This document shows positions 38,950 through 51,128 of a DNA stretch of 64,000 bases, one piece after another. Position 1 is the first letter of the stretch. Each line of letters begins with the position of its first letter. The notes under the pieces are model-generated. The model had not been told where the DNA came from. It saw only the letters and a list, made by a program, of their open reading frames with translations, and searched no databases. The DNA lies in NCBI GenBank assembly GCA_964016885.1, contig CAXHJY010000001.1:558001-622000 (forward strand). Reading direction: 5' to 3'. This DNA comes from Eledone cirrhosa. Its lineage: Eukaryota. The position numbers and the translations under genes are program-made.

Positions 38950-39120
38950 GCTAAAAGTTTCACGGCACAGGCATTGCTTTATATCTGGAGATCTCTCTGT
39001 ACAGGAATTTTCAAGTCGCTGGCTGGACTAAAAAGTCACTTTTGTTCAGCGCATCGGTAGGGGTTCTCCTACATGGATATAAAGTAGTGGCCGTACTCGA
39101 AAACGAGTTGGCAGCCACCA
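38950..39120 (+). mobile_element. 3' fragment of a second RTE-like retroposon
   Basis: Matches 43315-43550; flanked by an ~65-bp direct repeat. Confidence 0.6.
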
Positions 39121-39389
39121 TGTACATATGTATGTATGTTAAATGGTACAATCAGCACTCATTTAACTGGATAGACAGAAGAAGAAACACAGCACTATCC
39201 GAAATTATGCTAAATCATAAGGAGGCTAAAACAGAACCAGGTACAGTACTCGTTTTCTTGGCGTATTCTCACAAATGCATTTCCATATTTATGCGAATCC
39301 TTTTTCATGTGGCTGTGATCTCTGTACAACGGAAGCTCAACACATTATTAATAGGAGACAGGAAGTAATTAACAAAGGCTCTGACCACT

Positions 39390-39610
39390 TTAACCTTTAG
39401 CATTTAAACCGGCCATATCCGGCCAGAATTCTCTCACCTTTTTCTGTTCAAACCAGCCGTAACTGGCTGCTCATACTTATGTTAAGGTATTGTTCTCAAA
39501 ATAAATAATATCAAAATCTTGTTGATTTGATATTATGTGAGATTATTATGTGAGGTAAAGACTTTACAGAGAAAATACATTACAGAGTAATGTAAATGCT
39601 AAAGAGTTAA
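39390..39610 (-). mobile_element. Unexpanded TTAA MITE
   Basis: TTAACCTTTAGCATTTAAA..AATGCTAAAGAGTTAA. Confidence 0.9.
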
Positions 39611-40186
39611 TACTTGTATGCATAAAATATCTAAAACTTTTCTAAGATTAGATAGTTAACACGTTCCATGCTAACTTCCACCTAGAGCTGAACATAATGA
39701 CTAAATCTATACATTTAATGCATCCTTACATAGTTACACAAGAATCACCCTCTCTAATAATACACAGCCTGGATATATAGCTATGTAGTTCAAACAAATA
39801 AACAAAGTTCAAATAAACAAAAAAATAAGTAGATTATTCGAACAAATTCTTTAACATATAGGAACGGGGGGTGGGGTGATGACTGACCCCTCTGGTAATT
39901 TGATACCTTAACCTACTTACCATCCCTAGTATGTCAGCAACAATAGCACCTCCTGCTTCATATCTGCCTACTAGAATAACCATCCAAACCATATAACAAC
40001 TGAACAGGAATACAAACACAACTCTAACCCCCAATCCTTGGTAGCATATCAAAAACAAAATAAAAGAACACAAATTTCATGCCTGACCGATTTAACTCAC
40101 TCAATATGCAAATTAGGCTGCTCAGCCGTTAATTTTCATAAGGAAAGTATATACTTTCGAACGTTCAACTATCTGGCAGATGGGTA

Positions 40187-40231
40187 AACGGTGCTGATGA
40201 TAGCTAACAAGCTTGAAACTAGTACATCGTT
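40187..40231 (+). ncRNA. Minimal type I hammerhead ribozyme motif (Penelope-type)
   Basis: AACGGTG-CTGATGA-T-AGCT-AACA-AGCT-T-GAAA-CTAG-TA-CATCGTT: 7-bp stem I, conserved core, palindromic stem III, GUA site. Confidence 0.75.
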
Positions 40232-40382
40232 CCTGTGTCAGTGTTGAACAAAAAGGTGACGTGGTTGCCTTAACACTGTATGGCATAAATTCAGGCTGTT
40301 CAGTTTGTTGACAAACGAACAAAGCGGCGTTATAATAAGCGTCCGCTAAACTGATGCGTGCATATATGTATGTGTACCTGTA

Positions 40383-40440
<58 letters not shown>

Positions 40441-40662
40441 TGCTACTGTACATCCGTATACATATATGTATGTACGTATACATACATACTTACATTTAAG
40501 TAAGTGCCATACTAAGAGTGAGAAATGAAATTTCGTTTTCATTTTTTTCAACTTATATATATATACATATATATATATATATAACTCTTATCTTATTGAG
40601 CCCTCTCCAGATTTTGGTGTTTGTATTTATTATTAACTACTCTCTCACTTCTCTCTCTCTCT

Positions 40663-41000
40663 ATGGCTTAGTGGTTAGAGCATTGGCCTTGCAATCGAAA
40701 GGTTGCGAGTTCAATTCTCAAACCGGGTGATGTGTTGTTTTCTTGAGCAAGACACATTATTTCACATTGCTCCAGTTTACTCAGCTGTAGAAATGAGATG
40801 ATAGGGACTTGGGCCTCTATCATTCCACTGCAAAGTGGTCGTGGAGGTGCCACAGCAAAAAAGCACCCAGCACTCACTGTAAATGAGGTTGGTGTTAGGA
40901 AGGGCATCCAGCTGTAGAAATCAAACCAGAATCAGTTTCCGTCCCACCCTCGCAAGCAGGGAAAAGTGGACGTAAAATGATGATGATGATGATGATGATA
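40663..41000 (+). mobile_element. SINE-A with RTE-type tail
   Basis: tRNA-like head, core, GGTGTTAGGAAGGGCATCCAGCTG..GGACGTAAAA(TGA)n. Confidence 0.9.
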
Positions 41001-41001
41001 C

Positions 41002-41032
<31 letters not shown>

Positions 41033-41325
41033 CATAAAACTCTTATCTTATTGAGCCCTCTCTAGATTTTGGTCTTTGTATTTATTATTAACTACTCTCT
41101 CTCTTCTCTCTCTCTCTCTCTTCTCTCTCTTCTCTCTCTCTCTCTCTCTCTGTATATATATATATATGTGTGTGTGTGTGTGGTGCTGCTGACATTCTTA
41201 ATGATAAAGAAGAAGATATACATTTCATTTTTTAATGTTTTCTTTAATGTTTTCTTACAGTGTCACATGAAGCAATTTCTCTGGTCTCACATTTTCAAAA
41301 TTCAAATAATGTCTACCATGTAAAA

Positions 41326-41565
41326 TATTATTATGTAATAAACAAGATAAGGCAATTATTCCATTTACCAGTGGTTTCTTAAAAGCAAAAGGTTTTGCTT
41401 TCAATCCTCAGAATGAAAAAATCCTGGTTTGTTTATTGAATTTGGATTTTAAAAAACAAAAATGCAAACTATATGAAAGTGAGGCTGGAGAAGGAAGAAG
41501 GAAAGGAAAAATAAAATAAAACTACACATGCAAACACACACACAAAAAAACACAAAAGCATACAT

Positions 41566-41598
<33 letters not shown>

Positions 41599-41715
41599 CA
41601 TATATACATATACACATATATATATACATACACAAATATACACATACACATACATACACATATACACATACATACACTCATACATACACATACACATACA
41701 CACACACATATACAT

Positions 41716-41776
<61 letters not shown>

Positions 41777-42106
41777 TACATATATTCACACAATCATACA
41801 TATATACATACGTACATACATACACATACATAAATGCACTCCTCTACATATTCACACACGCAAATAAATATATATATATATTAAAACATTTTTTTGACAC
41901 CGTTACATAAGGCAGCTAACTGGACAGACACGCGTGGTAAGTAATACGCACAAATGCACGTATACATACGTACGAAATCGTAAACACATACACACACTCT
42001 CACACATAAATATACATATACAAATACATAAAAACATACATGCACATACATGCACAAATACGCACACGTATACAATATATACACACACATATGTATATGT
42101 ACTTAT

Positions 42107-42173
<67 letters not shown>

Positions 42174-42680
42174 CATAAATATAAACGCACACACACACAC
42201 ATACGTATACATACACACACATATACATACATAGCTAAACAATTATACACAACCAAATACGTACATATCATAAACACGCACAACCAAATACAAACACAAA
42301 CACACACACACATACATATATACATACACACGCATACATATACACACATATATATATATATACATATATATATATACACATACATATATATATATATATA
42401 CATACATACATATATATACACATGCATACACATACACACACACATACATGTGTGTATGTGTAAAACTCAGTCTTAGATAATTCATATGAACCTTACATAT
42501 ACGTATATATAGTAGTAAAGTAATAAAGCAACATAAGGCAATTATTCCATTCACCAGTGGTTTCTTAAAAGCAAAAAATTTTCCTTCAATCTTCAGAATG
42601 AAAAAAACCCTGGTTTATCCACATATACATACACACACACAAATATATACATATATATACACACATACACATACACACAC

Positions 42681-42772
<92 letters not shown>

Positions 42773-43060
42773 ATATATATATATATACATACATATATAC
42801 ATATATATACACACAAATATACATACACATACACATAGGTATGTGAAGGGCAAGGCAAAAAGAATATATAGGGGGGGGGGGGGCATAAGAAAAGGTAAAA
42901 TATAAGGGGAGGTAAGGGAGAAAAAAATAAGTAAATATACAAGAGTACAGAACGTAGAATCAGCAAAATAAAAACCGTAGCAGAAGTAAAGAGCAGGAAA
43001 GGAGTTCAAGGCTGTTGATTTATCATAGGAGTGTCAATGTTTCTTTTTAATATATATGTG

Positions 43061-43092
<32 letters not shown>

Positions 43093-43811
43093 CACAAAGG
43101 GCAAAGGAGCTCTTAAGAGTCAATGGCCATCCAAAATCACCGGGAGAGATGACCCCTTAGCCTTTGTCAAGGCAGAATTCTAGGAGAAGGAAAACTCTGA
43201 TATAACACCTGCAACCCTGATGGTATCCAATGATGTTGACTTATTCTTCTTTTTGGTAAATATCAACTCGGGTTAAGAGAGTGGGACTGGCTTTGTGCAG
43301 TGCCTTTGCTCACTATAAAAGCTTCACGGCACAGGCATTGCTTTGTATCTGGAGATCTCTCTACACTTGTCGTCACATGGTACCAAGGCCCCAACACTGT
43401 GTCAATAATTGTCACAGGTGTAGTGTTTGTACCAGAGTTTTCAAGTCGCTGGCTGGACTAAAAGTCACACTTGTTTAGCGCATCGGTAGGGGTTCTCCTA
43501 CATGGATATAAAGTAGTGGCCGTACTCGAAAACGAGTTGGCAGCCACCATATATATATGTATGTATGTGTATGTATGCTTTTGTGTTTTTGTGTGTGTGT
43601 TTGCATGTGTAGTTTTATTTTATTTTTCCTTTCCTTCTCCCTTCTCCAGCCTCACTTTCATATAGTTTGCATTTTTGTTTTTTAAAATCCAAATTCAATA
43701 AACAAACCAGGATTTTTTCATTCTGAGGATTGAAAGCAAAACCTTTTGCTTTTAAGAAACCACTGGTAAATGGAATAATTGCCTTATGTTGTTTATTACA
43801 TAATAATAATT
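41326..43811. repeat. Segment bounded by ~245-bp inverted repeats, with internal (TA/CA)n microsatellites
   Basis: 41326-41570 is the reverse complement of 43565-43811; a partial direct copy lies at 42520-42617. Confidence 0.85.
43097..43550 (+). mobile_element. Short RTE-derived element (5' UTR-like part joined to a 3' end)
   Basis: CTAGGAGAAGGAAAACTCTGA motif (RTE 5' UTR-like) and a CSVCTRVFKSLAGLK finger remnant. The tail is shared with 38950-39120. Confidence 0.55.
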
Positions 43812-43868
43812 AAGCTCTGTTGCCTACATAGAGCACTCTTTTTTCCTGGACTTTTCCGACGGAATTAC

Positions 43869-43916
<48 letters not shown>

Positions 43917-44429
43917 AGCCGTAGAGCAACTATTGATTAAAATAATGAGTTTCAGAAGATCCCGTTAAGGTTGAAAGCAGCTATTTTTTGTTTAAAGAGA
44001 GAGAGAAGGAGAATGATATTTTGACGGTCTTCGAGTTTATTCCGAAGTCTGTGCAAAGGACTTGCTGTTGATTTCATAACTAAACTTTGGATATTTTAAA
44101 CAAAAAAACGAAGTTGTAATGGATAATATCGCTGCTATTTCTAGCAGTTAGAAAGACTACGTAGAGGTTTTGTAAGGTGGCATTGCAGGTCTAAATTCCA
44201 TAGTTGTAATAGAATCTGATGTCAGAGGTGGTGGAGATGGTACATTTTGGTCTTCAACAGTGAAAATGCCTCCATTTCTTTCAGTAATGAATTCTGTGCA
44301 TTTCTTGGGTCGTCAGTAACCTGGCTTGTGTGGAGATTGTGAAGAGGACCAACTGAAGAGTGAGGTCTCTGCTTTGAATGTACATATTTCCAGAACACCA
44401 TACTGTCAGGGTTGGATGCTATGTGCAGT

Positions 44430-45121
44430 TAAGATAATGTAGTCTTAGATACACTATGCCTGATAGCCACTAATACTAACTACTGTACTGTATATTAGAT
44501 AATGTAGTCCTAGATACACTATGCCTGATAGCCACTAATACTAACTACTGTACTGTACATTAGATAATGTAGTCCTAGATACACTATGTCTGATAGCCTC
44601 TAATACTGATTACTGTACTGTACATCAGGTAATGTAGTCCTAGATACACTATGTCAGATAGCCACTAATACTAACTACTACACTGTACATTAGATAATGT
44701 AGTCCTAGATACACTGTCTGATAGCCACTAATACTAACTACTGTACTGTACATTAGATAATGTAGTCCTAGATACACTATGTCTGATAGCCACTAATACT
44801 AACTACTGTACTGTACATTAGATAATGTAGTCCTAGATACACTATGTCTGATAGCCACTAATACTAACTACTGTACTGTACATTAGATAATGTAGTCCTA
44901 GATACACTATGCCTGATAGCCACTAATACTAACTACTGTACTGTACATTAGATAATGTAGTCCTAGATACACTATGCCTGATAGCCTCTAATACTAACTA
45001 CTATATTGTACATTAGGTAATGTAGTCCTAGATATACTATGCCTGATAGCCACTAATACTAACTACTGTACTGTACATTAGATAATGTAGTCCTAGATAC
45101 ACTATGTCTGATAGTCACTAG
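44430..45121. repeat. Minisatellite, 65-bp unit, about 10.5 copies
   Basis: TAGATAATGTAGTCCTAGATACACTATGTCTGATAGCCACTAATACTAACTACTGTACTGTACAT. Confidence 0.95.
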
Positions 45122-45974
45122 TTTTTACGTAGTTCTCAGGGAGATTCAGCGAGACAGAACGTGTGACATGCCTTCCTTTTTAAATACATATAGAATCCAT
45201 CTTATATTATAATGCGTCTGGGTATTTCATTGACACGTGTACCGTTGACATTGTTCTCAGGGAGATTCAGTGTGACAATTCTATGTAACAACGTTACCCT
45301 GTAATTACAGGTACAACTTATTAGTTTTGCCAGCTGGGAGAAATGTCTTGTTCAAGGGGCCAACGCACAGACCACCCGGTCTGGGATTCGAACTCACGAA
45401 CCATACGTTCTTGAATTACGCGCTATCACCGCGTAAACCCGGTTTCCTCCACACAAAATACACCAGAATAATTTAATCAGGATTAATTCACGAACAAGAA
45501 TTACAATAAGTCGCTGAGAGTGATCTCCCTTGGCTGACTTTAAAATCTTTACTACTTCCATTAGACATTAATTTGTTTCATGTCCGATTGAAAGACTCTG
45601 GAGTTTTTACCTGTCTTGGGTTTAATTAATGAGGAATTTTGAGGTATTTATAACAATTAATAATTATTTCATTACTGAGATATCATTGGAAGGATTTACT
45701 AAAGTTTTTAATTATTAATTATTTTATTAGTAACTTAACATGTGGTTCTTGTATAAAATTATGTTGGAAGACTTTTAGGAAGAAGATATGTAACCGGACC
45801 CCGTAAAATAGAATCCATAGCTATGTAGCCGGTAAGAGTGTCAGACTCCATGTGTTGCGGCCCTTTATGGTCTGAGTTAAGACAATTTAAAATCTTTTCC
45901 ACCATCACTTGTTAAAAAACAAGTTAAAGTCATTTTGTCGTCCATTTTAACTTACGTTACACTTTAGTTATATA

Positions 45975-46760
45975 TACATCTACTATGTTACATACACACA
46001 CATCTACTGTCTTACATACACACACATCTACTGTTACATATACACACATCTACTGTGTTACATACACACACCTACTGTGTTACATACACACACATCTACT
46101 GTGTTACATATACACGCACATCTACTGTGTTACATACACACATCTACTGTGTTATATACACACACATCTACTGTGTTACATACACACAATCTACTGTGTT
46201 ATATACGCACACACATCTTCTGAGTTACATGCACACACATAAACTGTGTTACATACACACATCTACTGTGTTACATACACACACATCTACTGTGTTACAT
46301 ACACACACATCTACTGAGTTACACACATCTACTGAGTTACATACACACACATCTACTGTGTTACATACACACACATCTACTGGGTTACATACACACATCT
46401 ACTGAGTTACATACACACACATCTACTGTGTTACATACACACACATCTACTGTTATATACACACACATCTACTGTGTTACATACACACATCTACTGTGTT
46501 ACATACACACATCTACTGGGTTACATACACACACATCTACTGAGTTACATACACACACATCTACTGTGTTACATACACACACAGCTACTGTATTACATAC
46601 ACACACATCTACTGAGTTACATACACACATGTACTGTGTTATATACACACAGATCTACTGTGTTACATACACACACATCTGCTGAGTTAGATACACACAC
46701 ATCTACTGGGTTACACACACACACATTTACTGGGTTACACACACACACACATCTACTCAT
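45975..46760. repeat. Variable 18-26 bp minisatellite
   Basis: CATCTACTGTGTTACATA(CA)n units. Confidence 0.9.
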
Positions 46761-47290
46761 ACATTTAATAAATAGACACACAATACAAAATATTTATTAC
46801 ATACACACACATCTATGTAATGATTGAGGAATGAATTGGCTGGTGAAACGCTATAGCGATGTGTGTGTTGCGTACCTTTCAGGTTTACTGGCTACGTAGC
46901 CTATTCGAAGATTTTATTATAATTATGAACCTCGTATTTCAATTAATTATGAATAATGTTGGGCTATTTATCACAATTGTTAGTTAATTACTAACATAGT
47001 AACATAACATATGGTTGTTATATAGAATTTCGTTGGAAGACTTTAATTTAGATAGAAACCATTTCCATAGAACGAGAACCAATTTTGGCTGGGTTTCTAC
47101 CAAAAGGGTTAATGAAGAATTTTGAACAATTTACTAAAATTATTATTTCATTACTAAGATAATATGTGAATACACAATTATATGTGTATATATATATATA
47201 TATAGTAATAATAATAAAATTGAAGACTAAAATCCAAAGAGGGCTCAATAAGGATAAATATATATCAAATATATAAGAACCGTAGAGAAA

Positions 47291-47863
47291 ATATTTATTA
47301 AAATAACAGATTAAAGTTTAATCAAAGAATCGCTGCTTTCACCCTTAACGGGATCTTCTGAAACTAACAAAGTCAATCTGTAAACGCAGAAGTGGATATT
47401 TCAAAAAACGTTGCAACCGGAGGAAGACAGGAAGACGATACTTTGGTTCGTTTGAAATGTTCGCTGGCAAAGAACGGGAAAAAACGAATATAATACGTCA
47501 TTATGTGGAGCGGTGAAAAACAATTACGCGCAAAGACAGAGCCACGTTTATGGTATAAAAGAGGTCGTAGACTAATGTTCTCTTTGGTGGTTCATAGAGA
47601 CGTTCTCTGGCAATGAACGGAAAAAACGAAGATAATATGTCATATGTGGAGCGTGGAGAACAATAGCACGCAAAGACAAAACCACGTAAATGGTATAGCT
47701 GAAGTCGTAGACTAAAATTCTAACTAGGAAACCAAATGAATCTCCGCTTCAGAGTTAAGAATAAAGTAAATAAAATACAGAGGTGATAGAAATTAAATAA
47801 ATACATACACGCATGCAAATAGCGATTCTTTTCTTAAACTTGAGTCTGTTATTTTAATAAATA
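47291..47863. mobile_element. Putative TIR element with an internal ~140-bp direct repeat
   Basis: ATATTTATTAAAATAACAGATTAAAGTTTAA..GAATCGCT is inverted at 47821-47863. Related sequence lies at 14836-14960 and 43937-43995. Confidence 0.6.
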
Positions 47864-48599
47864 TATATATATATATATATATATAAACAGTGTATATATA
47901 GAATATATATACAATACACAAAAGATGTAGTGGGACAATGAGTAGTCTTAAGACAAGTCAGTCCAGATAGCTGCGCTGTAACTTACACTTATTGGGACTG
48001 TGTGTTGGCTAGCAGGCCTGTATTTTGGGATCTAGCTGATCCATTATGAGGGAGGTCTGGTTAGTTGGCAGCACCATGCCTTACTTGTGGTATATGTATG
48101 TATAGAAATAAGTTATTGTATATGTATAACTGTCCAACTTTATGTATACATGTATGTTTAAGTAACTTTTTACATACATATATACATTATCAGATGTATA
48201 CACGTAAGAGTATATATATCTTTATATCTATCTATATATATATATACATACATATCTATATATATATATATATATACATATATGTATATATATAAATATA
48301 TAAATATACATATGATCATGGTCAGACCACTTCTACGAAATGTAATGTATAAATAACATTTTCTTCTTGTCTCCCACCCTTCGGTTCATTCATCCATATA
48401 TCTATAATCGCCCAGAATCCAAATCCTACTTCATAATTGCTATTCTATAATTCTGTCTGACTGTTCTAAATAATCTTCTCCTCGTTAACTACCCCATACC
48501 CCTTCCGCCCGCCCCCACTCTCCACCTTTATTATTTGGACCAATCACAAGTCAACGGCCTATGCCTGGTTGCTTTTCGATATGATGGATGGACTAAGGA

Positions 48600-51118
48600 A
48601 TTTCTGGAGAGTCTGAAGAATCTGGACACTCGAAGACAATGCCAAAGATAACGACAAATTCACGTCATGCTGCCAGACGAAAGGGCAAGGGCCCCTCCTC
48701 TTTGTTGCGGCCGCGGATGGCCAACAAAACCCCAACCCCCTCCCCCTCCCCCCTCCCTGCGCCCTACCCACCAAACGCAATCCAAAACTTCAGAGTTGGT
48801 ACCATGAATGTAGGCACCTTAAAAGGCAGCTCTAACGAGGTTGTAGAAATGCTTAAACGTAAGGAGGTTGATGTTTGCTGTATCCAAGAGACCAGGTGGA
48901 GGGGCGGGTCTGCTAGATTCATTGTGGGTAAAAACGATGCTATAAGCTTTTCTGGCTGGGAAATGACAATGGGCTGGGTGGGGTAGGAATCATGTTAGCA
49001 GAAAAATGGGTGGATAAGATAATAGACGTAAATAGAGTGAATGACAGAATAATTAAAATAAGACTTGTTCAAAATAGTACTACTGTGACAGCAATATCTG
49101 CGTACGCGCCCCAATCCGGACTGCCTGGCGCTATAAAAGACAGATTCTATGAGACACAGATGCTCACTACCTCCCAAATAACTGACAGTGACTATATAAC
49201 TATTGCTGGCGACCTAAATGGTCACATTGGACAACATTGTGACGGTTATGACGGAATCCACGGAGGCTATGGATTTGGTACTAGAAATGAGGAAGGCTCC
49301 AGAACCCTGGAATTCTGTGACGCAAATAGGCTAACTATCTGTAAGGACAAGACGTACTCGACAGCAGAAGAGGACTATCCTCAGGAGAAAAATATGGAAG
49401 CTAAAGGACCCCACAGCCAGAAATAAATTTAAAAGCATATTACTTGATGCTTTCGACAGTAAGAAAGATCATTTAGAGTCGTACAATATAGAGGAACAGT
49501 GGGAATTCCTGAAAGCAAACCTGCTGATGGCGGCAGACGAAGTCTGTGGCCGGAGCAGGCCTATAGGCAGGAGGAGAGTAACATGGTGGTGGAACAGTAA
49601 GGTGGAGGAGTCGATTAAGGCCAAAAAGCCGGTGTTGATGAATGGCTTGTGAGAGCTATACAAGCCATGTATAAAGAAACAGTCAGCAAGGTTAGAATTA
49701 ACAACGAATATAGTGAAGAGTTTAGCATAAAATTTGGTGTTCATCAGGGCTCCGTTCTTAGCCCTCTACTATTTATTATTGCCCTTCAGACTATAACAGT
49801 GGAGTTCAAGACCGGCTGCCCATGGGAACTCCTATACGCAGATGATCTAACGCTCATAACTGAATCAATAGCCGAACTAGAGAAGAAATTCCAAACATGG
49901 AAGCATGGCCTAGAATCAAAAGGCCTTAAAATTAACCTGTCTAAGACTAAAGTTCTAGTTTGTAGGAAGGAAAATAGGGCGCCGGTCCCATCCGGGAAAT
50001 GGCCATGCTCAGTGTGTAGGAAAGGAGTAGGTAGAAACTCCATTTTATGTCCCAAATGCAAAGTATGGGTGCATAAAAGATGTAGTGGGATCACAAGTAA
50101 GCTAACTAAGAACATAGATTTTACATGTGGCCGGTGCTCTGGTGCAATAAGTAGCAGCAAGTGCCCACAGAATACTAGCTCATTCCATTGCACAGATGGT
50201 TCTATAGAAATAGTGGACAGTTTCCGTTACCTGGGTGACAAAATCAGCAGTGGGGGAGGGTGCTCTGAAAGTACAGTAGCTAGAGTCAGAACTGGATGGA
50301 AAAAGTTCAGAGAGCTTATACCACCATTAACCGCTAAAGGGTTCTCCCTAAAAATTAAAGGCAGGTTATACGATGCCTGCATACGAACAGCAATGCTGCA
50401 TGGCAGTGAGACCTGAGAGGAACGAAGCTTGCATGCTCCGCTGGATGTGTAATAGTAATATATGTGAACGGCAAAGCATAAACGAACTAAGGGAAAAATT
50501 AGAAACAAGAGGGATCAGATGTTGTTTACTCGAGAGAAGGCTACGTTGGTATGGTCACGTGATGCGCATGAAAGACGACAGCTGTATAAAAAAGTGCAGA
50601 GCACTCAAAGTTGAAGGGAGCTATGGAGATGTTGGAAGAGTTGGGATGAGTTGATAAAAGCTGACCTTGCACAATTGCACCTCTCAAAGGGTATGACACA
50701 GGACCATGATCTCTGGCACTATGCTATCATACAGAAGATCCACCTTCCCATATGAAGGGGCTGAGGCATACATCTAGTATGCACCACCTTCCATCCCATA
50801 GACCTTCCACGTTGTAGTCACCCCACCCTTATATCTACCTCCTCAATTCCCCATGCATCTCACCCACCCAAGTCCCCAAACAACACTATATAAGTGGTCA
50901 GCTTGGCGCCACGACAATGAGTGCCCAATCGACACTGGAAAGTGGTCGTGTTGGTAACATGACAAAAAGCACCCAGTACACATTGTTGTTGGCATTAGGA
51001 CAACCAGACATAGAAATGAAGCCAAAATCAGTTCTGTGTGAGCAAAACATGGTCCTCTGACATGGCTCATCTAACCCATGCTAGCGTGGAAAATGGACGT
51101 TGAATGATGAAGATGATA
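48600..51118 (+). mobile_element. RTE-clade LINE with internal deletions and 3' tail
   Basis: APE (VGTMNVGTL, SAYAPQ, AGDLNGH) and RT C-terminal half (YADD, Cys finger, FRYLG), then a UTR ending GGACGTTGAATGATGA. Confidence 0.92.
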
Positions 51119-51128
51119 TCTGCATACA

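Noticed and set aside
44290-44325. Minus-strand CTGACGA..GAAA hammerhead-like core
   Set aside because: Only 5 nt between the core halves and no stem I or stem II pairing.
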